A DNA stretch of 64,000 nucleotides from a virus, in the IMG/VR virus record IMGVR_UViG_3300025012_000053, positions 1 to 64,000 of that record, one strand, 5' to 3'. Positions 39,751-48,481 of this stretch are shown here, piece after piece; positions within the stretch are counted from its first letter, which is position 1, and each line of letters opens with the position of its first letter. Position numbers and translations under genes: made by a program. The notes under the pieces were generated by a model that was given only the letters and a program-made list of their open reading frames with translations, searched no databases and was not told the DNA's origin.

Positions 39751-41058
39751 TTATACGCCTATTGAACTTGTCTGTGTAGTATAAGCCTGAAGTATATCAG
39801 AGATAGTATCAGGTGGTTCTCCATTGGAGAATCCTGTTTCAAGGGCAACAAGAAGTTGTTTCAGTCTCCTTGGCGCTCCACCAATACCTCCGGTAGTAAC
39901 ATCAGTATAATAACTGACCGACATTTGATCATACATCTTTCCTGATGTAGCAAGGGCCCTGGCAGCTGTCCACATGAAGTCTCCGGCATAGGCATTACCA
40001 TCATTACCAAGGAGTCCCCATTCCAGTTCAGCTATCTGTTCATAATTACCCTGCCCAAGAGTCATAGCAGTCGTATAGGTAATAGGTGTTGTTCCAAATG
40101 AACTTGATGTATCAAGCCCTATCAGAAATGATACTTTTGAGAATGGAGTTTTCCCAACAGAGAATGCCCTGGCAACACCAGAGAGTTTAATACCAAGATC
40201 AGCAGAAGCCATCTTGGCAGCGGTAAGAACCGTGCCTGCAGCCTTCCCTGCAGCTACTGCCGAGAAACTTTCTTCCTCAATAGGTCTGTCAACCTTGAAC
40301 ACGGTAGTTGAGGTAAGCTCCTCGACCCTGTATATACCATCAGTGACAAGACACCCGGTTACTGCCTGTGCATCAGAAAAACGAACATAATCACCTACAG
40401 CCAGGTCCACGTTGGTATTATAATCAGTATTAGTACCGCATGTTACATATTTTTCTCCTTTAACAAAGGTTACTGTTCCAGCAAAAGCAGCTGTAGCTGC
40501 ATAAGCAACATCAGAAATAAGTTCAGCCTGGATAGGAACAACAGCCTGCCTGCGAAGAGTACGACTCAACTGCTGAACAAGACCAAGAGCAACCTCAAGT
40601 TGTGTAGCCGAAGCATCACTCTTGTAAGCTGAATTGATTATCATTTGTTGTCCGATACCTGTATAATCCTGTTCTTTCAGAGAAAGTCTTACGACATACA
40701 GTTTGCTGTTTGCTACTTCAATCTCACCTGAGGTACCATTATACCCGATATAGGATACCTGTTCTGCGGCTGCTACATCGACCTGTGTTTTGAACGCGAG
40801 GATATTGGCCTGTTTGATAAGATCACTCTGGATCAGATCGGTACCATTACGGAGAATGAGTTTAATTCCAGATTCTGCAACAATGTCATCAGTAAGCACT
40901 GATGTTGCGCTAAGAACCATGTTGTGGGCATTACATACGGCGATCTCACCATCAGTCAGTCCTGCATAGGTGGATATTACGCCGTTAATGGCAGTAGTTG
41001 GAGTTACTGCTCCAAGGTCCTTGCCGATAAACAGTTGCATTACATCATTTTGTGTCAT
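39751..41058 (-). CDS. Auxiliary capsid (decoration) protein
   Basis: AAAEQVSYIGYNG, GQGNYEQIAELEW, YDQMSVSY pattern; position after the ring genes and followed by a terminator. Confidence 0.6.
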   Translation of the reverse strand: MTQNDVMQLFIGKDLGAVTPTTAINGVISTYAGLTDGEIAVCNAHNMVLSATSVLTDDIVAESGIKLILRNGTDLIQSDLIKQANILAFKTQVDVAAAEQVSYIGYNGTSGEIEVANSKLYVVRLSLKEQDYTGIGQQMIINSAYKSDASATQLEVALGLVQQLSRTLRRQAVVPIQAELISDVAYAATAAFAGTVTFVKGEKYVTCGTNTDYNTNVDLAVGDYVRFSDAQAVTGCLVTDGIYRVEELTSTTVFKVDRPIEEESFSAVAAGKAAGTVLTAAKMASADLGIKLSGVARAFSVGKTPFSKVSFLIGLDTSSSFGTTPITYTTAMTLGQGNYEQIAELEWGLLGNDGNAYAGDFMWTAARALATSGKMYDQMSVSYYTDVTTGGIGGAPRRLKQLLVALETGFSNGEPPDTISDILQAYTTQTSSIGV

Positions 41059-41082
41059 GTCTTTGGAATTTAAAATTTATAA

Positions 41083-41340
41083 TTATAATAATTGGTTCTC
41101 AGAGTTCCATAAGAATCCTTTGTACTTTGTACCATTCTTGATAGCTTTATTGATATTGGTTTTATCAAAACCTTTATCTATTGCTTCTTCCAATGATTCA
41201 AAGATCTCAACGATCTCACCTGTCTTTGGATCTTTTGTAGCTATCTTTGTTTTTTCAACAACTGGTTCTTCAACTTCTATAGAGACTTCAGGGATATATC
41301 CCTTGGCTTTCTCCCTTGCAAGTATTGCCCTGTTTTTCAT
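41083..41340 (-). CDS. Small protein with a NUMOD1-like DNA-binding motif
   Basis: DPKTGEIVEIFESLEEA..GFDKTNINKAIKNGTKYKGFLW. Confidence 0.6.
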   Translation of the reverse strand: MKNRAILAREKAKGYIPEVSIEVEEPVVEKTKIATKDPKTGEIVEIFESLEEAIDKGFDKTNINKAIKNGTKYKGFLWNSENQLL

Positions 41341-42017
41341 TCTGTTGCTTTTTTAGGTTCATTAATTTTACTTATCATGGCAAGAGCAATGACTATTGCC
41401 CTGTCAACAATCTCCTCATGAAGACTTTCATGTAACTGACAATCTGCACCTGTAATAATATTTATAGCTGAAGGTTTACTCAGATATCTTAAGTTGTAAG
41501 ATGTAATAGTATTGTCACTTGCATGTATCAGTTCATGTTTCTTCGTTCCTGTAGCTCCATAGTCCATTCTCCAGACAAGATTCTTATATGGTTTGCCAAA
41601 TGGATTCTTGACATTTTTTGTATATTCATCATGACGGATTGGAAGTACTTCTACAGATCCTGTAGCGCTGTCATCATTACAGTCAGTATATCCTACAACA
41701 CACATCTCCTGCAGGGAATAAAGAAAGTCTGAAGGAAGGTTAGCAAACTGACCTCCTGGATGAAGAGCTGCATCGGCTGTTACAAAATTTGTTATTACAG
41801 TATTCTTTATAAGACTACCGAGTTCAAGTCTTGTCTTTTCATCCGCTTCAAAATACGATAGATTGCTTCCTGCTTTCTTTGAATACCTGTCATCTATAAG
41901 TTGATCCTGGGCAAGGTTAAGGAACACAGCAATATCAGTCGATGTATATACCTTATTCACCGTATTAAACTGATTAAGCTTCAGTTCAAAATGATATTGC
42001 ATCTGTTCCGCGATCAT
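41337..42017 (-). CDS. Tail ring protein (paralog 3)
   Basis: IAVFLNLAQD...YLSKP...CQLHESLHEEIVDRAI, shared with the two upstream paralogs. Confidence 0.7.
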   Translation of the reverse strand: MIAEQMQYHFELKLNQFNTVNKVYTSTDIAVFLNLAQDQLIDDRYSKKAGSNLSYFEADEKTRLELGSLIKNTVITNFVTADAALHPGGQFANLPSDFLYSLQEMCVVGYTDCNDDSATGSVEVLPIRHDEYTKNVKNPFGKPYKNLVWRMDYGATGTKKHELIHASDNTITSYNLRYLSKPSAINIITGADCQLHESLHEEIVDRAIVIALAMISKINEPKKATE

Positions 42018-42988
42018 TATAAATCAGGAACTATCGTTGTCGGTGCACCAAGTGAACTCCATGTTTTGACGACCCATTTAGTATTACTTACTTTTACAGC
42101 TTCAAAATAGGATGCAGTAGCATCACTGAGTTGTAATTCATTACCACCGGTTACTCCATTGATATATTTCGTTCCTGTCTGATCAGTAGGATGAACCCTT
42201 AATTCCCCGCCTGTATTCAAAGGAGTACCACTTATCATGCCACCAGTAGCAAAGCTTGAAAGAAGAGGAAGGGAAACAATATGATCAGCATTTGTGAATG
42301 TGATCACGACATGTTGTTCTACAGCAGATATTATAGCTGCTCCTCCTCCGGTAGAATTCGCGGTAATGGCAGTAGTTGCACCTTTCTTACCATCTTTAAT
42401 AAGAAGAGAATCAATAGTAACACCAGATCCTGGTGTCTTTTCTGAAACAGTATCTGCCACTAAACCTGATATTGTAAATGTAGCACTATCAGTAGAAATA
42501 TCCTGATCTCCTCCCATTGTAAGCGTGACTGCAGCATCAGTATCATTTTTTAATTTCATTAATCTGCTTGCAGTACCTTCACCCTCTACTTCAAAAGTCT
42601 GTTCATCAAGAGTTATTGAAGAAGCCGCATCTTCTGCAGCTAAAGTAACACCAAATCCAGCGGTAACGGCAAAATCATCATTAATATCAACTGCTGCACC
42701 TGCAATAACATCTAATGAGGCCGTTCCATTTGTTATATTAAAAGTGTTAGTTCCACCTGTAATAACAGTAGCTCCACCGTCTTTTAATTTAACACCATCA
42801 ATGGTTACACCTGCATCCGTTGTTTTTTCAGATATCGTATCTACAGTAAATGCTCCTGCTTCTGTAAGAACTGTCTTTAACAGAGCAATAAGATTATTCC
42901 AAAATCCAGATCTTACAACAAATCCATTATCCGGATTACTGTTGAATTTACTGGCATTATCTCTACTAATCGACTCAAGGTTTGCCAT
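42017..42988 (-). CDS. Putative head/tail fibre protein with an internal duplication
   Basis: T/G/A-rich; repeats DTISEKTTDAGVTIDGVKLKDG and DTVSEKTPGSGVTIDSLLIKDG. Confidence 0.55.
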   Translation of the reverse strand: MANLESISRDNASKFNSNPDNGFVVRSGFWNNLIALLKTVLTEAGAFTVDTISEKTTDAGVTIDGVKLKDGGATVITGGTNTFNITNGTASLDVIAGAAVDINDDFAVTAGFGVTLAAEDAASSITLDEQTFEVEGEGTASRLMKLKNDTDAAVTLTMGGDQDISTDSATFTISGLVADTVSEKTPGSGVTIDSLLIKDGKKGATTAITANSTGGGAAIISAVEQHVVITFTNADHIVSLPLLSSFATGGMISGTPLNTGGELRVHPTDQTGTKYINGVTGGNELQLSDATASYFEAVKVSNTKWVVKTWSSLGAPTTIVPDL

Positions 42989-42993
42989 GACTT

Positions 42994-43878
42994 TTAGTTT
43001 TTAGTTATTAATTTTAATTTTGCTTCTTCAAGAAATAATGATACAGCCTGATCAAGAATACTATCATGAAGATATGCAGGAAAATCAGGAGTATCTGTTA
43101 ATCCCCAGGGATAACCAACAACGATCTGCTCATCATCATAAGTGATAGTATTATACCCCGCTACCTTTAGTACTTTATCTCCGGGTTTGAATGTAGTAGC
43201 AACCCCAACAGAATTAACATATGTCATCCTTGCCTTTGCAAGAAAATAAGATCCATTGGTTATTGCACTTATACTTAGATTACCGGTACCAACGCCGGAT
43301 AATTCAGTGTATAAAAAATCAAGTTTATATGGTTTTCTGAGGTAAGTCAATACTCCTGCAGTAAGAGATGTAGTATATGCATCCCCAATAAGCATAATAT
43401 AATAAGGATCTTCCCATACAGATATAGGTTTTGGATACATGACCTTATCAGATGTATTGCTTATGACTCTCTGTGCCTGACGGCGTGACATCCATTCTGC
43501 AAACATACTCTGATCAGTCATCGGATATATCTCTGTCCGGGTTACAGTACAAACAAGACTTATAGGAATAAGTATATCATCAGGCGTACGATATCTCTGG
43601 CCCCTGGTAGACCAGTTATATTCAGCAAGATCTTTAGCTGCTGTTAATGCCCCATTGGGGATAATAAGATTATGCAGTTCATCTATATTAAGATCTATGG
43701 CGCTTAGTCTTTGTTCATATGTCGGAAGTGCCAGGTATTTCTTTTCAAGATACCTGTCAATAGATCTGTTGAGGTAATTACATATAGTGAATGTATCAGG
43801 CCTTTGCTGAACCTCAAAAACAGGATTAGTATCCTGTATCTTCTGCTGGAACAATATTTGTAACTCCGTGAGATTCAT
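42994..43878 (-). CDS. Tail ring protein (paralog 2)
   Basis: ICNYLNRSID...TYLRKP...FPAYLHDSILDQAV. Confidence 0.7.
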   Translation of the reverse strand: MNLTELQILFQQKIQDTNPVFEVQQRPDTFTICNYLNRSIDRYLEKKYLALPTYEQRLSAIDLNIDELHNLIIPNGALTAAKDLAEYNWSTRGQRYRTPDDILIPISLVCTVTRTEIYPMTDQSMFAEWMSRRQAQRVISNTSDKVMYPKPISVWEDPYYIMLIGDAYTTSLTAGVLTYLRKPYKLDFLYTELSGVGTGNLSISAITNGSYFLAKARMTYVNSVGVATTFKPGDKVLKVAGYNTITYDDEQIVVGYPWGLTDTPDFPAYLHDSILDQAVSLFLEEAKLKLITKN

Positions 43879-44546
43879 TAGTTCGATTTAATTTTTTCTT
43901 CCTGTACACTTGTCTGCCAGCGTGGATCCTGTATTGCCTGCAGTGCCTGTCTTACTGCCATATCAATGATCTCCTGATGTGTATGCGCGGGAAGATCACA
44001 TGATCCTGATGAAGCAAGCGCCATGGGTGTCTTTATATAATTTAAAAGTAATGCCGTGTTTGTGGTAAATCTGTCTATTATCAGTTTTGCATATGTACCG
44101 GAAATAGACAGATATGGTTTAATGAAATGAGTTTTGTTTGTTGTCGTGTTAATGAACTTTGATACATCTTCACTCTTTATAAAGTTACATTCAAATCCCT
44201 CTGATGCTAAAACAAGAGGATATGTTGACCTGGTACATGTAGCAAATGCCTTTATCGCGAACATAAAGTTTGCAGGTAATGTATATTGTCTTGCTCCATG
44301 ACTGTCATTAGAGACATATGTAAGAGCAAGGTTTGTTACAATGGTTCGGAGATCAGCAACCCGCCTCTGGTTATCTTCAAAGGCAGGTGGCTGAAAATTT
44401 TGTCCGAACATACGATCTTTGATAAAATCATCCTGAGCATTATTAAGGAATACCAATATCTCTGCGGTCTGGTATCCCGGAGCCGAGAAACTGGTTATCC
44501 TGTCATAATACAACAGGAAGGATTCTATCATCTGATCGACAGTCAT
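43878..44546 (-). CDS. Tail ring protein (paralog 1; crAss gene 74-like)
   Basis: YDRITSFSAPG...EILVFLNNAQD...YIKTP...CDLPAHTHQEIIDMAV. Confidence 0.75.
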   Translation of the reverse strand: MTVDQMIESFLLYYDRITSFSAPGYQTAEILVFLNNAQDDFIKDRMFGQNFQPPAFEDNQRRVADLRTIVTNLALTYVSNDSHGARQYTLPANFMFAIKAFATCTRSTYPLVLASEGFECNFIKSEDVSKFINTTTNKTHFIKPYLSISGTYAKLIIDRFTTNTALLLNYIKTPMALASSGSCDLPAHTHQEIIDMAVRQALQAIQDPRWQTSVQEEKIKSN

Positions 44547-45508
44547 TATTCAACGTTTTCAATTTGATGTTTTAACTTCATACGTACATCCTGGTTCTTG
44601 GGATCATCAAGAAAGTCGATAAGATCTTCAATTGTTCCTATCGGATGATCAGACCCGGGAAGAGAATACAGATGCCTGTTACGCTGCAGGGAGCCATTAG
44701 CTATTGACTTTTGGATCAACAGTTTTAAAGTATAGAAGTCATCATTGAGAATCGAAAGATAGGTCTTAAGATCATCTTCAATAATTTGTCCTATAGCTTT
44801 TCTTAACTGGTCAAGTGTAGCATTACGCGGTGGCTGCTTGGCATCTTTTTTAGTAAGATAGTAAACATACAGGAAGTCCTTCATCTTATCAAGGCTCGAA
44901 TCCATCTTGCCAAAGAGAATATATGCATTCTTCTTCTCTTCCAGGTTGCTGACATCGTCCAAAAGCTCTTCTCCTTCTTCCACAAGCGCGAACTTGTACG
45001 TCCCACGATCAAATCTCGAACTCCAGTTTGGAGCAATGCGATCTGTATCGGAACGGAGAACAAGAAAATTGATAAGATCTTCAATCCTGTCAAGATGAAG
45101 ATGCAGTCCATTACGATCAAGAGTAACTGTCTTTCCTCTCCAGAAACATTTTGGAGTATAAAGATTGAGTTTCTTTATATCTTCAAGACCAAGTTCTTCA
45201 GCAAGAAGAACAACATCCTCTTTAGTAAACTCCGGCATAGGATTGGCAAGTATGTTCCCTTTTAACACTGGTACTACAATACCTATCTTTGCTCCATCAT
45301 TCATGAAAGAAGAATCATGGTCGCTTGTCACCCATTGTCCTTTACGGCGAATAGGTCTTACGACATATCTCTTCTCTCGCAGATTCCTGACCTTTATTGA
45401 ATAAGGTCTTTCCATTTCAAGTACTTCATTTAGTACATCAGGCTCAGGAGCCAGCGTAGATTTTACGCCGGCTTTTCCTTTACCTGTATTGCCTCTTTTT
45501 GTTTCCAT
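44546..45508 (-). CDS. Conserved crAss-like protein downstream of the MCP (gene 75-like)
   Basis: Synteny directly after the MCP; FWRGKTVTL...LIDFLDDPKNQD. Confidence 0.65.
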   Translation of the reverse strand: METKRGNTGKGKAGVKSTLAPEPDVLNEVLEMERPYSIKVRNLREKRYVVRPIRRKGQWVTSDHDSSFMNDGAKIGIVVPVLKGNILANPMPEFTKEDVVLLAEELGLEDIKKLNLYTPKCFWRGKTVTLDRNGLHLHLDRIEDLINFLVLRSDTDRIAPNWSSRFDRGTYKFALVEEGEELLDDVSNLEEKKNAYILFGKMDSSLDKMKDFLYVYYLTKKDAKQPPRNATLDQLRKAIGQIIEDDLKTYLSILNDDFYTLKLLIQKSIANGSLQRNRHLYSLPGSDHPIGTIEDLIDFLDDPKNQDVRMKLKHQIENVE

Positions 45509-45541
45509 GCTTTTAGTCTCCTAACTAATTTATAGATTCAG

Positions 45542-47026
45542 TTAATTCAATACGCTTGGTTTAATGGTAGCGCACCTGGTAGGATCGTTAACCAGACAAC
45601 CGCCAACGAATGCACGGTGGAATGTGTAGCCATCTTCAGGAGAAGACATGAATCTCCGTGGTCCCTGTGCCTGGAACGGATCTCTCAAACCGGGTTGATA
45701 ACCCATGAAATCTTCCATTCCTTCATTATATACAGGACGGATATTATCCTCTCCACCGGTACGTCCAACATTAAGGATCTGGTATACATAACTCTGTGCA
45801 ACACCTTTTCCGGATGGATGCATGATCTTATTACGTTCCCTGTCATCAAATGTTGAATCAACCATGACACCAAGTTGTGTTCCATCAGGACCCCAGTATT
45901 CTACATAGTTCTCATGATATCCCCAGCCATTACCGGATTTATATTTCTCATCTCCGGAATAGAAAGGTGTATAGAGAGTAGTATAGTTCTTGATTGCCTT
46001 ATGGAAGTTATATGCTCCCCACTTACCGGTACGCATGATCACTTTTCTTGTCTGACCATAACCACCTTTAGTATCATCGGTAAGATCCATGATAGCTTCG
46101 GTAAGCCATTCGATATCAACATCAAAATCATTGTAATAAAGAACATTCGATGCTTCAATCTGCTGTTCGAGGCCGGCACCCTGTTCGATCTTGAACCCGC
46201 TGTAACCAATTTGCTTGAAAGTACCATCGTCTGCACGGTTGGTAGTTGCAAAGTTGATCAGCTTATCCTTCATATCCTGGAACTGTGTTTCAAATTCCCA
46301 GTCTGCATACTGAGTCCATGTAGTCATGATTTTCTCTTTGCCATTCGAATCCATTGCCTTCCATGAGAAAGCTACCGGCCTTGAGATCATATTACCTGGT
46401 CTGGTGTCCTGCATCCTGATCATCGAGAAGGTGTTCTTCATCGAGAAAGGACTGGTATAGTTCGGGGTTCCACCTTTTATTGATAGTGTCTTTTCAACAA
46501 TGGACCATTCTTTTGAAAACCTTTTTCCGGCTACGAGTTCATCGTAAGGAATATAGAGATCAGTGTCTCCTGTGAAAAGTTCGCATTCATAATCCCACAT
46601 GGTCCCGTTTGGAACCGGTATAGCTACAATCCTGATCGGGTATACAGAATTCTTTTCACCAACTATCAGGTTAGTGTCTGAGAAATACTGTTCCGGGAAT
46701 GTAAGAGTAAACCTTGCACTGCTACGGCCAACCTGTGAGGTTGCAGAAATAGCACTGCCATTTACTGTACAAGCAATCAAAGGCACGTTCTTTTTTGAAG
46801 AACCCTGTAGCCTCCAACGAAAATCGTCATCTGTCTTTAAGGTCAGAGGACTGAATTTCTGAAGAACAAGACCGAAGTTTGTTCCCCTGTTGGCGCGATA
46901 CAGCATGTTGATCATCTGGCTCGTGTCCTGTGGTTTGTTTTGATAGATCGCACCCAAGTGGTTTTTGGTTGTTAAACCAGACCAGTCTTTGGGTTCATAC
47001 TCCTGAAGTGGTGATACTCGTTGCAT
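45542..47026 (-). CDS. Major capsid protein (crAss-type)
   Basis: 494 aa; WSGLTTKNHLGA, DDDFRWRLQG, GAGLEQQI, YQPGLRDPF, DPTRC; portal-scaffold-MCP order. Confidence 0.9.
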   Translation of the reverse strand: MQRVSPLQEYEPKDWSGLTTKNHLGAIYQNKPQDTSQMINMLYRANRGTNFGLVLQKFSPLTLKTDDDFRWRLQGSSKKNVPLIACTVNGSAISATSQVGRSSARFTLTFPEQYFSDTNLIVGEKNSVYPIRIVAIPVPNGTMWDYECELFTGDTDLYIPYDELVAGKRFSKEWSIVEKTLSIKGGTPNYTSPFSMKNTFSMIRMQDTRPGNMISRPVAFSWKAMDSNGKEKIMTTWTQYADWEFETQFQDMKDKLINFATTNRADDGTFKQIGYSGFKIEQGAGLEQQIEASNVLYYNDFDVDIEWLTEAIMDLTDDTKGGYGQTRKVIMRTGKWGAYNFHKAIKNYTTLYTPFYSGDEKYKSGNGWGYHENYVEYWGPDGTQLGVMVDSTFDDRERNKIMHPSGKGVAQSYVYQILNVGRTGGEDNIRPVYNEGMEDFMGYQPGLRDPFQAQGPRRFMSSPEDGYTFHRAFVGGCLVNDPTRCATIKPSVLN

Positions 47027-47051
47027 TTTTATTTAATTTAGAACGATTAAG

Positions 47052-48353
47052 TTACATGTTAATAAACTGTTGTGGAAATTGAAAGTCATCCTTTTCCTCT
47101 TTTTCTCCTTTACCCTTATTTACTTCAGAGCCTGGCTTCCCTACAGTTCTTCTCTCTCCATTGAGGATACTTCCAAGACGTTTTGTAGCTGAAGTCTCAA
47201 CTTTTTTAGTAAAGACATCGAATGCCCCGTCTTTAATCTTGTCATCAAAGAATCCATTTTTGATAAAGTAAGCCAGGCGCAGTTCAAAAGCAAGAGGGTT
47301 CTTTGCTCTTTGGGCCATTGCAGCACTCATGGGGATCTTCTCTCCTTGTTTATTAGTAAAATAAACAGGAACAGTAAGTGACTTGATGAGTTCTTTCTTT
47401 TCTTCTTCTGTTACTTCAATTCCAGGGATGATCTCTTTGGTTGCTTTTACTGCAGACTGAACAGCCTCTTTTGTCTTTCTGATGGATTCATCTTTTGCAG
47501 TCTTTTGTCTTTCTGCCTGAATCCTCATCTCTTTTCTCTCTTCTTCGATGGTACTCTGGATCTCTCCAAGTCCTTCTGTAGCTTCCTCGAGAAGATCTTC
47601 CTTTTCTTTAGCTATAGCTACCATCTTGTTGATTTTTGCTTCAGAGAATCCCTTTAATGTCAAAAGGTCCTTGTAGACCTGTTCCTGAAGTTTCTCATCT
47701 TCTGCAAGGGATTTCTTTGTAATGGATCCGTATCTTTCTTCAAGGCTATAATTATCAGCCAGTGATTCAAATGGAATTCCCTTTTCAAGATCGGCAATAA
47801 ACTTAACAGCTTTATCACCTATTGTAGATTTGTATTCTTCTACACCTTCCTGAATAGACTCATCGATTTGTGTCTGTATGTGCTCATTAAGTTTTATGAT
47901 TGCCGCTACAGGTTCCAGACCATCAAGGCTTTTTAAATCAAAGTTTGGGAGTACGCCGTGTTCCAGAAGAGCCGCAGCATGGAGATAGACAGGAGATTCG
48001 TTCCCTTCATCTGGCGCACCCCCGCCCTTTTTGTCTTTCCCTGGTTTAACTGTGTCCTTCTTATTGTCATCATCATCAGGATTTTCATTATCCTGTACGT
48101 CTACGATTAATGTATCGTCTTTAGCTTTCTTCCCGGGTTCGGATTTATCCTTCACGGGTTTTTGACCTTTACCTGGTGCTCCACCACCTGGTTGCCCTTT
48201 TATCTTTTCATCGTCACCTGGTTCATCCCCGACACTTAATTCATCGTCAAGTTCATCTGTTACAGGTTGATCGACATCAAGAAGAGCACTCTCAAAACCG
48301 GATATATCCATGTTCTGAAAGAGATCGTCATTGTCATTTTGCTGCTTTCCCAT
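47052..48353 (-). CDS. Putative scaffolding protein (crAss gene 77-like)
   Basis: Very acidic disordered N-terminus plus coiled coil; lies between the portal and MCP genes. Confidence 0.65.
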   Translation of the reverse strand: MGKQQNDNDDLFQNMDISGFESALLDVDQPVTDELDDELSVGDEPGDDEKIKGQPGGGAPGKGQKPVKDKSEPGKKAKDDTLIVDVQDNENPDDDDNKKDTVKPGKDKKGGGAPDEGNESPVYLHAAALLEHGVLPNFDLKSLDGLEPVAAIIKLNEHIQTQIDESIQEGVEEYKSTIGDKAVKFIADLEKGIPFESLADNYSLEERYGSITKKSLAEDEKLQEQVYKDLLTLKGFSEAKINKMVAIAKEKEDLLEEATEGLGEIQSTIEEERKEMRIQAERQKTAKDESIRKTKEAVQSAVKATKEIIPGIEVTEEEKKELIKSLTVPVYFTNKQGEKIPMSAAMAQRAKNPLAFELRLAYFIKNGFFDDKIKDGAFDVFTKKVETSATKRLGSILNGERRTVGKPGSEVNKGKGEKEEKDDFQFPQQFINM

Positions 48354-48377
48354 TTAAAATTCTCCTTTAAATTAATA

Positions 48378-48409
48378 CAAGTTTAGAAATTAGATTAATA
48401 CCAGACAAG
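48378..48409 (-). promoter_or_regulatory. Candidate Bacteroidota sigma-A-type promoter for the scaffold/MCP operon
   Basis: Minus strand CTTG-N20-TAAACTTG, one mismatch in each element to the TTTG / TAnnTTTG consensus, in a 128-bp intergenic gap. Confidence 0.5.
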
Positions 48410-48481
48410 AGTATCACCATACACGAGTCTTTTTAAAAAAATACTTCTATAGATAAAAACTATAAAATTAAATTTTATAAA

